Of a DNA stretch of 15,433 bases, positions 1 to 8,333 are shown piece by piece. The DNA is from Pseudobdellovibrionaceae bacterium (GTDB taxonomy: Bacteria; Bdellovibrionota; Bdellovibrionia; Bdellovibrionales; Bdellovibrionaceae): assembly GCA_041288045.1 (NCBI GenBank), contig JBGGMM010000029.1, forward strand, positions 1-15,433, read 5' to 3'. The notes under the pieces are model-generated. The model saw only the letters and a program-made list of their open reading frames with translations. It searched no databases and was not told the origin of the DNA. A program made the translations under genes and the position numbers. Within the stretch, counting starts at the first letter, position 1. The number at the start of each line of letters is the position of its first letter.

Positions 1-1773
1 AGATTTCACCAGCTTTTCAGCCACAGCATCCGAGATGCTCAGAATGGGAATTCCAGATTCTGCAAAGCCACCTTCATATTTCAATTTGATTAATTTTTGA
101 CTGGAGGAATTGGGACCGTTCACCACCAAAAGTCCAAGCGCCCCCGCCTGCTTGGCAATCAGGGCCTTGTGATGAAGTCTTGAGTAACGGTTGAGGTAAA
201 TGCGTCTGTCTGCTGGAATTCCTTCAGGAAGTTCGCGAAAAATCAAAACCCATTTTCCTTTGACGTCTAGATCTTTGTAAGAGTCATAAGCGGCCTGTGA
301 ATCCGCAGCGGGAGCTGTGATGCCGTAGCCGGCAAAAACCACTGGTGCTGCCGCGAACTCCCCGACCTTTGAAAAAGACACGGGCACAAAGTCATTCGAG
401 ATTTGAAATGAATTTTCTTTGCCAGCTTCTTGAAATTTCAAAGTGTTTTTCTCTCCCAGTGAAACACCGGAAGTGAAAGTGAAGGGAAAAAGAAAGTCTT
501 TTCCCTCTGCTGGCACCAGACCGAGAGCTTGAAAAGCTTCAGCGATTTTTGCGGTGTACTCTTTTTCTTCTGCTGAACCAGTGGCTCGACCTCCAAGGGC
601 GGGGCTTGCCAAATATTGGACCCAAGCTTTGGCATCTTGCTCATTGATCTCGCGAGAAGCCAGTGTTTGCATTTTCGGAGCTCGAATGGGGAGGCCCAAA
701 AGCTCTCGGGCTTTGGCATCATCCCAAGTGGCCATGTAGATCTGCGACTCCCCTTTTTCATTTCTGCGAGTCCAGGAGAGGTGTTGACCATCTGGAGTGA
801 AAACCGGAAGGCCATCAAAACCATCTAAGAAACTCACGCGCAGAGGGGGTTTTTCCCCTTTGGCATCCACCAGATAGAGTTCAAAGTTCGAAAATCCCAA
901 AACATTCGTGGTGAAAATCAAATAGTCGCCAGAGGGATGAAAAAATGGGGCCCAGGACATGGCTTTGATGCTGGTGAGCTGTTTTTCATCGCTGCCATCC
1001 ACATTCATAGTGAAGACTTCGGCGGACTGCCCATTGGGCGCAAATCTTCGCCAAGTGATTTTTGTGCCATCAGCGGAAAAGAAAGGGCCTCCATCATAGC
1101 CACGGGCTTTGGTCAGGCGACGAACTTGGCTGCCATCGGCTTTCATGATGTAGAGATCCATCATGTAGGACGGATCTTGGTTGAAAATCTTTTGCTCTTC
1201 TTCGCTGAGTTTTTCTGTGTAAGCGGCGCGATTGCTGGCAAAGGCAATCCATTTGCCGTCGGGCGAATAGGAGCCTTCGGCATCATAGCCTTTTTCTTTG
1301 GTCAGGCGTTTGCTGTTTTTGCCGTTGAGGTCAGTTTCAAAGAGATCGAAAGTCTCATCAAAGCTCCAAGAGTATTTGTTTTTTTGTGGAGACTTTCTGG
1401 ATTCATACTCTTCTTTGGTTTTTTGCGCCAAAGCTGGATCTAAGTGAGTGCTGGCAAAGAGAACTCGCTTTTGATCTGGCCGGATCCAAGAGCAGGTGGT
1501 TTTGCCTTTTCCTGGAGAGATTTGGGTCGTCTTCCCTGATTCTAAATCCATGAGAAAAATTTGATAGAAAGGATTTCCATCGGTGCGCTCGGATTGAAAA
1601 ATCATTTTTTTGCCATCGGCACTGAAATAGCCTTCACCGGATCTAGGGCCGACGAATGTCAATTGCCGCATGTTTTGAATCAGCCCTGGATCTTCGGCCG
1701 CCAAAGCTGATGAGCTTGAAATCAGTAAAATTGAGAATAAAACTTTCCATTGAAGTTGAGACTGTCTTCTCAT
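1..1773 (-). CDS. Secreted M28-family metallopeptidase with N-terminal TolB-like PD40 beta-propeller and PA domain (3' end truncated by window edge)
   Basis: Manual translation of segments of the minus strand, all in one frame from ATG at 1773 (SD-like AAGGTGG upstream). Signal peptide MRRQSQLQWKVLFSILLISSSSALA; PD40-like repeats (SGEGYFSADGKKMIFQSER, YDAEGSYSPDGKWIAFASNR); M28 N-terminal motif VQYLASPALGGRATGS; PA-domain motifs VVFAGYGI, YDSYKDLDVKGKWVLI, AKQAGALGLLVVN. Absent from the ORF track, consistent with no stop before the edge. Confidence 0.9.
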   Translation of the reverse strand, partial: MRRQSQLQWKVLFSILLISSSSALAAEDPGLIQNMRQLTFVGPRSGEGYFSADGKKMIFQSERTDGNPFYQIFLMDLESGKTTQISPGKGKTTCSWIRPDQKRVLFASTHLDPALAQKTKEEYESRKSPQKNKYSWSFDETFDLFETDLNGKNSKRLTKEKGYDAEGSYSPDGKWIAFASNRAAYTEKLSEEEQKIFNQDPSYMMDLYIMKADGSQVRRLTKARGYDGGPFFSADGTKITWRRFAPNGQSAEVFTMNVDGSDEKQLTSIKAMSWAPFFHPSGDYLIFTTNVLGFSNFELYLVDAKGEKPPLRVSFLDGFDGLPVFTPDGQHLSWTRRNEKGESQIYMATWDDAKARELLGLPIRAPKMQTLASREINEQDAKAWVQYLASPALGGRATGSAEEKEYTAKIAEAFQALGLVPAEGKDFLFPFTFTSGVSLGEKNTLKFQEAGKENSFQISNDFVPVSFSKVGEFAAAPVVFAGYGITAPAADSQAAYDSYKDLDVKGKWVLIFRELPEGIPADRRIYLNRYSRLHHKALIAKQAGALGLLVVNGPNSSSQKLIKLKYEGGFAESGIPILSISDAVAEKLVKS

Positions 1774-1880
1774 ACAACCACCTTGATGAATTTCTGTGGC
1801 CAGACTATCTCTCAGGCTTGCATTCGGGTCAATTCAAGCGCGCAAATCAGCGCGCTGTGCCCTGCTGATTTGAAGGTCCG

Positions 1881-2996
1881 ATGAACGATCTTCTGATCTG
1901 TCCCCATTCAGACATCTGCAGTGTGTGCACTTGGATGGAGCTCTCAACCGCCGACCAAAAAGAACGCAAGCTGGCAGCTCTCCAGGAAGCTTTGGAAACA
2001 GCTGGAATCTCACTCCCCCCGTCAATTCGTTTTCATTTGCCAGGGCCTTCAGGAATCCGCGATCGGCTGGATTTAACCTATGAGCAGGGCCGGTATGGAT
2101 TTTACCGCAAAGATCGAAAAGAAATTTTTTCGATTGAAGCCTGTCCTTTGATGTCAAAAGGGCTTTTTTCTTTTTTCAAAGAAGTTCAGAAAGTGCATCT
2201 TCCGATTCGAAGAGGGTCCTTAAGGTTGCGGATCTCTCCACAAGGTGAGCGCGGTCTGTGGTTGGATTTCGCCAATGAAGATGTCCGCGATTTATTGGCT
2301 TCCAAAAAAGAACTTCAGGCCTTTTTGGATTTAGGCTTTGTTGAAATTGGGCAAAGAAGAAAGAAATTAACGGCGGCGATGAAATTGACGGATCCTGAAT
2401 TTCACACTTGGACCCGTACTTGGGTGCAGGGAAAAGAAATTGAGCTTTTTTCTTGTGTGGGAAGTTTTTCTCAAACTGGAGATCTGGCCAATCAGAGCCT
2501 GATTTCTGAACTGGAAGCTTTCTTGGCATCGACGAGTTGTCAGAATTGGGTGGAGTTTGGTTCAGGCTCTGGCAACCTGACATTTCCCCTCGCCGGGGAG
2601 AATCGATCAGTGAAAGCTTTAGAATTTGACTCTTTGGCTTTAAATGGATTGCAGCAGACTTTGCAAAGAGAACTTCGCTTTCGAGATCGAATCGAAATTT
2701 CTCAGGGGGATTATCAGAGAAAGGCTGTTTTTCAATTTCGTTCCGATGAAGGAGTTCTGGTGAACCCACCAAGGTCGGGTCTTCAGGGATTCTTGAATCC
2801 ATTGAAAGAATTAAATGCAGTTTCACTCCCTAAGGATTTTCTCTATATGTCCTGTTACTTGGAAAGTTTTGTTCAAGATGCTCGTCAATTAAAAGACTTG
2901 GGTTACAAACTTTTCCAAATCTCGATCATTGATCAATTTCCCCACTCCCCGCATTTTGAAATTCTCAGCCATTGGCAGCTATCTGCTCTATCTTGA
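1881..2996 (+). CDS. RlmD/RumA/TrmA-family RNA (uracil-5)-methyltransferase lacking a TRAM domain
   Basis: Fe-S-type CPHSDICSVC plus IEACPL; SFSQ; SAM motif VEFGSGSG; VNPPRSG (DPPRxG-like); catalytic YMSC; C-terminal DQFPHSPHFE (D-x-FP-x-T-x-H-x-E type). Confidence 0.9.
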   Translation: MNDLLICPHSDICSVCTWMELSTADQKERKLAALQEALETAGISLPPSIRFHLPGPSGIRDRLDLTYEQGRYGFYRKDRKEIFSIEACPLMSKGLFSFFKEVQKVHLPIRRGSLRLRISPQGERGLWLDFANEDVRDLLASKKELQAFLDLGFVEIGQRRKKLTAAMKLTDPEFHTWTRTWVQGKEIELFSCVGSFSQTGDLANQSLISELEAFLASTSCQNWVEFGSGSGNLTFPLAGENRSVKALEFDSLALNGLQQTLQRELRFRDRIEISQGDYQRKAVFQFRSDEGVLVNPPRSGLQGFLNPLKELNAVSLPKDFLYMSCYLESFVQDARQLKDLGYKLFQISIIDQFPHSPHFEILSHWQLSALS

Positions 2997-3142
2997 GACG
3001 ATCAACATCTAGGCGAAATATTCAACTTTGACGAAGGCAAATGCCTCAAGAGCTCTCCAATTGCACAAGAGCTTTAAAACGGCCTCGCACAGGCCTTGCT
3101 TTAACAATGAGATGAAACCAAGTCACTGTCCAGGGAGACTGT

Positions 3143-3769
3143 ATGAAAATGAGACGAATGCAATGGATCGCTCCGCTGCTTGTTTTTGGACTGAATCTTT
3201 TGCTTTTTCAAAACTGCTCCAAAATCGCAGCCACTGATTTGGCAGCGCCTGAGGAAAAAATGGAAGTGGTGGCGACTGCTTCTGACAATCAAGGCGACCC
3301 TGTGCCGGTGGCTGTGGAAGATGCGACAGATATGCCTGTGGAGGTCGAGGACGATTCACCGACCCTCACCGAAAGCCCACCGCCAGAGGATTCTTCGACT
3401 GATTCCGAAGAGGATGTGACGACTTGTGATGAGAGAAAGCGCCGTGTGGCTCAACTCTCTGAAGCCTGTGGCTTGGACATGAAGACCATTCACAAGGCGA
3501 TCGATTTGGCTCAGTTTGAAGGACAAGACGTGAATTTGGATCTGCTCAAAGGAAAAGTGCTTGTTTATTCTTCCGATCCTGGAGTGCAGGTGAATTCTTT
3601 GAACATTCAGACCGCTGTGGGTCGAACGATTCTTTGCAATGCGAAAGTGAATCAATTGGATGTTAAAAAAGGACGACTTGAAGTTTATCACAGCGAAATT
3701 TTAAGTGTCTTGGGTCCATTGAAAAATGTGATTCGCGATTCGTCCTCGACTTTACCGGCAGGATATTGA
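3143..3769 (+). CDS. Hypothetical exported/lipoprotein-like protein with FQNC signal motif, acidic linker and beta-rich C-terminal domain
   Basis: 208-aa ORF with GGGAG SD at 3133-3137; basic and hydrophobic N-terminus ending LLLFQNC (Cys codon 3215-3217); D/E/P/S/T-rich linker. Confidence 0.75.
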   Translation: MKMRRMQWIAPLLVFGLNLLLFQNCSKIAATDLAAPEEKMEVVATASDNQGDPVPVAVEDATDMPVEVEDDSPTLTESPPPEDSSTDSEEDVTTCDERKRRVAQLSEACGLDMKTIHKAIDLAQFEGQDVNLDLLKGKVLVYSSDPGVQVNSLNIQTAVGRTILCNAKVNQLDVKKGRLEVYHSEILSVLGPLKNVIRDSSSTLPAGY

Positions 3770-3909
3770 TTTTCATTTTTTTCAAGTCCGCTTGAGTCTT
3801 TGTCATTCTGACAAGTTTTGCCGAATGGCTCACCATTGCAACAGTGAAAAATCCAAGCTGTTGCAAGTTACTGGTTGAGCCTTTTTCTTTTCTCGATTTC
3901 AATAGGCGG

Positions 3910-4767
3910 ATGAAAAATCTTCGAGCACTTCTCTCTTTTTTCCTGCTGCTTTTTTTGCTGATCACGGCACAAGCTGAAGAGTCAGCTCAGCGGGATCCAC
4001 TTGAGGATTGGACTCAAGCGCAAAAGCGAGAGCAGACAGTTTGGCGGCAGAATGACAATCTGGAGCTTTTTGGTTCACTCTCGGCCGTTCAATCTGCCAC
4101 TCCCTACTCTCCGCAAATCGATGTGAGAAATCTTCCGGCTTGGTCTGGGAGTGATGCTGAACTTCAAGAGGCTTTTCTAAGGCTTCGGGATGAGAGGCTT
4201 TATTTTCAGTCCAATCGTCCGAATTTCCCCCGCCGCAGCTCTTGGCTTTACCCGGATGATGGTTGCTATGCCAGAGCCGCTCACGCAGCCCAAAGTTTTG
4301 AAAGAGCGCAAAAAGAAAGACCTGGGAAAGTCTTTGCCTTTGGAAATCTTCGAGTGAAAACCAAATACCATCGGCGGGGAACGGTGTACTGGTGGTTTCA
4401 TGTGGCCGCCGCTTATCGAATTGGCAATGAAGCTGTGATTCTGGATCCCTCCATCGAGGCGCTTCGACCTTTGCCGCTTTCAGAGTGGTTGCAAAGAATT
4501 TCATCCAGGCCGTTGAAAACCAAAGTCGCCATCTGTGATACTTATGCTTACGCCACCAGGCATGCTTGCTTGGGAGGATCTTCCCGGCAGGAGAGTCGAT
4601 TTCAAAATCATCAAAAAGCATTTCTCGTGAAAGAGTGGGATCGATTGAAAAGCCTTCGCTATGAACCAGAAAAGCTTCTAGGTGAGCAACCACCTTGGAG
4701 AAAAAATCTCCACCCGCTTCCACCGATTGGGCAATTGAAACCGGAATGGCCTCAGATTTTGCGGTGA
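3910..4767 (+). CDS. Secreted protein-glutamine glutaminase (protein-glutaminase) family enzyme
   Basis: Signal peptide MKNLRALLSFFLLLFLLITAQA from ATG 3910. Motifs WLYPDDGCYARA, GKVFAFGNL, VYWWFHVAA and ILDPS parallel the Chryseobacterium protein-glutaminase motifs as I recall them (YPVDGCYARAH, WSYHVA, IIDPS), giving a Cys-His-Asp triad. Confidence 0.85.
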   Translation: MKNLRALLSFFLLLFLLITAQAEESAQRDPLEDWTQAQKREQTVWRQNDNLELFGSLSAVQSATPYSPQIDVRNLPAWSGSDAELQEAFLRLRDERLYFQSNRPNFPRRSSWLYPDDGCYARAAHAAQSFERAQKERPGKVFAFGNLRVKTKYHRRGTVYWWFHVAAAYRIGNEAVILDPSIEALRPLPLSEWLQRISSRPLKTKVAICDTYAYATRHACLGGSSRQESRFQNHQKAFLVKEWDRLKSLRYEPEKLLGEQPPWRKNLHPLPPIGQLKPEWPQILR

Positions 4768-5348
4768 CTCACCAGTGGCAAGCGCACGATCCAGCCTTGG
4801 ATGTCCCGGCCTGCGATCATGGAGAGAAGTGGCAAAAGAAAAAGACCGGTCACAGTTAAAAGCAGCATCCTGGCCAAGACTTTCAAAGAGTAACTGCGGT
4901 GCAATCTTTGCTTGAGGTTTCCCAGCCGAAGTCCGCAAGCCCACTCACCAATTGTGAATCCTAAAAATACTCGTAACATAATCATGTAAACCAAAATCAA
5001 GCTTGCGCCAGCAAACAGTCCCACTTGGAAAAAAGATCCATCAAAAACTGAAAACACCGACAAAAAACGAACTTTGACGAGCAGAGAAAGGCTGACTAAG
5101 AAAAAACAGCTGAGGGAAAAAAGAATCAAAGCATCGATCAGTGCGGCCACAAAGGACCAGGCCACCAAAGCATGCCCCACTCCACCCGATCGAGAACCGC
5201 GATGAAAATCAGTGGAATCAGAGAATTTAGGCAAAGACTTTTGAAAATACTTTTGCAAATCCTCCGGCGGTGGAACGGATGGAATTTCCAAATCAGAAAT
5301 GGGAAGATCGGAATTGATTTCCTGTGGGGAGACTTGATTTTTTTCCAT
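4752..5348 (-). CDS. RDD-family membrane protein
   Basis: AALIDALI, several hydrophobic helices, GFTIGEWACGLRL (G-x-T-x-G motif) and VLAR; 3' end overlaps the convergent glutaminase gene by 16 bp. Confidence 0.8.
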   Translation of the reverse strand: MEKNQVSPQEINSDLPISDLEIPSVPPPEDLQKYFQKSLPKFSDSTDFHRGSRSGGVGHALVAWSFVAALIDALILFSLSCFFLVSLSLLVKVRFLSVFSVFDGSFFQVGLFAGASLILVYMIMLRVFLGFTIGEWACGLRLGNLKQRLHRSYSLKVLARMLLLTVTGLFLLPLLSMIAGRDIQGWIVRLPLVSHRKI

Positions 5349-5386
5349 CTCCTGATTGTAACAAAAACAAAGGAAGCCTCGAAGTC

Positions 5387-5417
5387 AAAAAAAAAGACCC
5401 GACAGGAGTCGGGCCTT
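5387..5417 (-). terminator. Rho-independent terminator of the Cys-rich protein gene
   Basis: Minus strand reads GGCCCGAC-TCCT-GTCGGGTC followed by T9, about 30 nt after the stop at 5446. Confidence 0.85.
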
Positions 5418-5445
5418 TCGATTTCAGATTCAATCTGCCAACAAA

Positions 5446-7131
5446 TTACTGAGTTCCAGTCCTCGGAGTTGGCGCCGGAAGTGTCGGAGCTGGCAGTGGA
5501 GGATTTTGTGGCACTGGCTCTAGGCCTTTGTAATTCTCTTTGACCGATCTTTTCATCAGCCAATGGAACAAGAAAAGTCCGCCCAATCCCAATCCACCAA
5601 TCAAAAGCCAATTCGGCCCTTTTTTCTTTTTCGAGCTCTTGCCATCAGATCCATCTTTGCTCTTTTTAGGCTTATCACATTTGAAAGTCCCTTTGGTGAT
5701 TGGCTTTCCATCTTCACAAGTACACTCTGTCACCAGAATCTGCTTATCGCCCTCGAGACAGTAAATGTTATCTGTGTTGAGCACTTGCCCGTATTCGCAC
5801 TTTGTTCCCACTTTGGCTTGGTTCGGAGGAAGCTGATCACAATTCAAAATTTTCGGCCCCGCATTTGGAGTTGCCGGAGTGGCAGGAACCGCTTCGGGAC
5901 TTCCGGGTGGAGCTGGAGGTTTTTCGCCTGGAGTTGCAGAGATGGGGTCTGTGCAATATTTTGGGTATTTCGTCGCGAAATCCGAAGATTTGAGATTGCA
6001 GTCCCATGATTTGATTTTTTCGTAGCGCTCGTTAAAGTTGGCGCATGTTTGGCGTTGATCGATTTCAAGATTTCTCTTATCTGCAGCACTCGAGCTTCCA
6101 AAAACCTGGTCGCAATGATCTTTGACCTGCTGGGCTTTTTCCATGGCCTCTCGTCGCCATTCCCAAAATTCAAGCTTTGAAGTCGCTAGATCTGGAAGGT
6201 CAGAGCCTTTTTCATTGGCCAATTGATTGCATTTTTTTGTGGTGTCAGGACCAGCTCCATTGCATTCTCCTTGATTTCCGTAAATCACAGGATTGCAAGA
6301 AAATGATCCTTGAGGGCAAAAAGAGCCGTCGGCTTTTTTTCGATAGGCATCCATCACTCCGCCATTGCCATCAGATCCACAGGTGAGGCCCCTGGCTTTA
6401 TCTCGTTTCACCCGAGCTAAGTGACCTCCGGCGACGCAATAATCACCTTCGACAAATTCTGCGAAGGCCTCTTCACCTTGCAGCCACCGTGAGATCACTT
6501 CCAATTGAGGAGGCACGCTTGAATTCATGGCTGTCTTTTTAGGTTTTTGAGAGTGATCGACAGCTTCCATGCTCTCTAAAAGATCTCGCAGATTTTTAAA
6601 ATACTGAATCTGCGCCGATTTTGGCAGTTTCAGAATTTGATCGGCTGTCAAAAATCCATTTTGGCTTTTATTGGGGCTAGGAAAAAATTTGGCGACGTCT
6701 TTTTGTGGGACTCCGATTTTTGCCATCAATGTTGGAACTGATTTCATATCCTCAGAGGAAATCATTTTTCCGTTGAGACGCATGAATTGCGAAGTGCCGC
6801 CGATGAGTTCCATTGTCACTGCTTGTCCGTCTTGAACGGCTTGCAGTTGATAGACTTCGGATTTTCCTTCTTTGATTTGACGGATGTTGAATTGGGGCAA
6901 TTGGGAATTGCCAAATTCTTTTAAGAATGGGCGAAGCGACTCGCGCTCATCGCGGGAAAGCACTGTGCTCATTCGATTGTAGAATTGAGTGAGGGTTTGT
7001 GGTTTTTTTCCAATCTCAGTGGCCTCTAGGAAAGCTTTGATATCGGCTTGGCGATTGGCTTGCCCTTGAGCGAAAAGTGCTGGCTCAAATCCCAACAAAA
7101 TGGATAGGGTCCAAATCAGAAAGTTTCTCAT
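5446..7131 (-). CDS. Large exported Cys-rich protein with C-terminal membrane anchor (hypothetical)
   Basis: ATG at 7131 preceded by GGAGG. Signal peptide MRNFLIWTLSILLGFEPALFA; 16 Cys confined to the C-terminal ~60%; FSCNPVIYG motif; Pro/Ala linker; Lys-rich stretch, then TM WLLIGGLGLGGLFLFHWLM and a Pro-rich tail. Confidence 0.85.
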   Translation of the reverse strand: MRNFLIWTLSILLGFEPALFAQGQANRQADIKAFLEATEIGKKPQTLTQFYNRMSTVLSRDERESLRPFLKEFGNSQLPQFNIRQIKEGKSEVYQLQAVQDGQAVTMELIGGTSQFMRLNGKMISSEDMKSVPTLMAKIGVPQKDVAKFFPSPNKSQNGFLTADQILKLPKSAQIQYFKNLRDLLESMEAVDHSQKPKKTAMNSSVPPQLEVISRWLQGEEAFAEFVEGDYCVAGGHLARVKRDKARGLTCGSDGNGGVMDAYRKKADGSFCPQGSFSCNPVIYGNQGECNGAGPDTTKKCNQLANEKGSDLPDLATSKLEFWEWRREAMEKAQQVKDHCDQVFGSSSAADKRNLEIDQRQTCANFNERYEKIKSWDCNLKSSDFATKYPKYCTDPISATPGEKPPAPPGSPEAVPATPATPNAGPKILNCDQLPPNQAKVGTKCEYGQVLNTDNIYCLEGDKQILVTECTCEDGKPITKGTFKCDKPKKSKDGSDGKSSKKKKGPNWLLIGGLGLGGLFLFHWLMKRSVKENYKGLEPVPQNPPLPAPTLPAPTPRTGTQ

Positions 7132-7152
7132 AGTAGAGTCCTCCACTGTCTT

Positions 7153-7179
7153 GATTCGGCACAAGCCTTGGAAAAGTTA
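7153..7179 (-). promoter_or_regulatory. Putative sigma28 (FliA)-like promoter
   Basis: Minus strand TAAC-N15-GCCGAATC versus consensus TAAA-N15-GCCGATAA, 21 nt upstream of the ATG at 7131. Confidence 0.5.
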
Positions 7180-7237
7180 AGTCGGGGCCAGGTATTTTGG
7201 GGATTTTTCGAATCCCGAGCCCAAGGTCCAGCTGCCG

Positions 7238-7266
7238 TTGCCACTGGGTCTTTCGTATTGAACAAT
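7238..7266 (+). promoter_or_regulatory. Possible sigma70 promoter for mscS
   Basis: TTGCCA-N17-AACAAT, 11 nt upstream of ATG 7278. Confidence 0.3.
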
Positions 7267-7277
7267 GGGGATCAAAT

Positions 7278-8333
7278 ATGGGTGAACGATTTCTGAATAC
7301 AAAAAACCTCTACCTGCTGCTTGATTTTGAACCTTACTTTATCCTCTGCTGCCTTTTGGCTTTGGCTTGGGCCTTTTACAAACTCTTTCTGCGCGAAGTT
7401 TCCGAGGAAAGACATCGAAATCTCAAAGGCCATTTCAAAAATCTCATCCGTCACTTTGTGATGCTCACCACTTTGTTTGTGACTTTTTTGATTCTCAAGC
7501 AGGCTTCTGGCGAAAGCTCTTTTTCGCGGGCCCTGCCCTATCTGGCAGTGGTGACTTTGCTGTGGGGAATGATTGTGTTTGTGAAAGCTTGCCGCTTGAT
7601 CATTCTGCAGTATTTATTTTTAGGTTCCATGAAACATGGAGTTCCGCTTTTGATTGTGAATATTTTTTCGCTTCTGCTGTCTTTGCTTTTGGGTCTTTGG
7701 ACGGCGGCTTCGATTTTTAATTTTGAATTGACACCTCTGCTTGCCACTTCGGCCGCTTTCTCAGTGATCTTGGGTCTGGCCCTGCAAGACACTTTGGGAA
7801 ATTTATTCGCCGGAATCTCACTGCAAGTCGATAAGGCCTTTGATATAGGCGATTGGATTGAAATCACTCACGGCATTCACAAAACCGTCGGGCAAGTGAA
7901 AGAGATCACTTGGCGGGCCACAGTCCTGGTCGGCTGGGGGGATGAGCTGATCACTTTTCCCAATCGCACACTGGCCAGCTCACAGATCATCAATTACTCT
8001 TTGCAAGATCAGCCCATCATTCGAAGCCATGTCTTTCGCCTGCCCTTTCACACCGACGTCACCTTGGCCCGACAGTGCTTGCTGGAAAGCCTGAAAGACA
8101 TCAAGACAGTGCGCACTTGGCCTGAGCCCTTCGTGCTGGTGTCTGATCCCTCTGAGTCTTTCATGAATTACAAGCTTGGGTACTACATCGAAAATTTCGG
8201 CTCTCAATACACAATCGCTGATCGAGTGATCGAAAACGCACTTCGCTACTTGAAAGCCAATGGCATTGAGCCCGCCCTGCCACGCCTTTCGATTGAAAAG
8301 CCAGTCACTCCAAATACTTCCAACACAGTATGA
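7278..8333 (+). CDS. mscS: Small-conductance mechanosensitive channel (MscS family)
   Basis: N-terminal TM helices followed by ILGLALQDTLGNLFAGI, FDIGDWIEI, GQVKEITWRAT and ITFPN, all MscS signatures. ATG 7278 is preferred over TTG 7197. Confidence 0.93.
   Translation: MGERFLNTKNLYLLLDFEPYFILCCLLALAWAFYKLFLREVSEERHRNLKGHFKNLIRHFVMLTTLFVTFLILKQASGESSFSRALPYLAVVTLLWGMIVFVKACRLIILQYLFLGSMKHGVPLLIVNIFSLLLSLLLGLWTAASIFNFELTPLLATSAAFSVILGLALQDTLGNLFAGISLQVDKAFDIGDWIEITHGIHKTVGQVKEITWRATVLVGWGDELITFPNRTLASSQIINYSLQDQPIIRSHVFRLPFHTDVTLARQCLLESLKDIKTVRTWPEPFVLVSDPSESFMNYKLGYYIENFGSQYTIADRVIENALRYLKANGIEPALPRLSIEKPVTPNTSNTV

Noticed and set aside
438..1868. ORF-track entries 438-824(-), 554-739(+), 616-828(+), 937-1443(+), 1656-1868(+)
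   Set aside because: Shadow frames overlapping the long minus-strand peptidase gene, with no motifs of their own.
2176..4723. Long antisense ORFs 2176-2826(-) and 3962-4723(-), and similar ones opposite the SBP, MscS and Cys-rich genes
   Set aside because: Fully antisense to well-supported genes, with no recognisable motifs.
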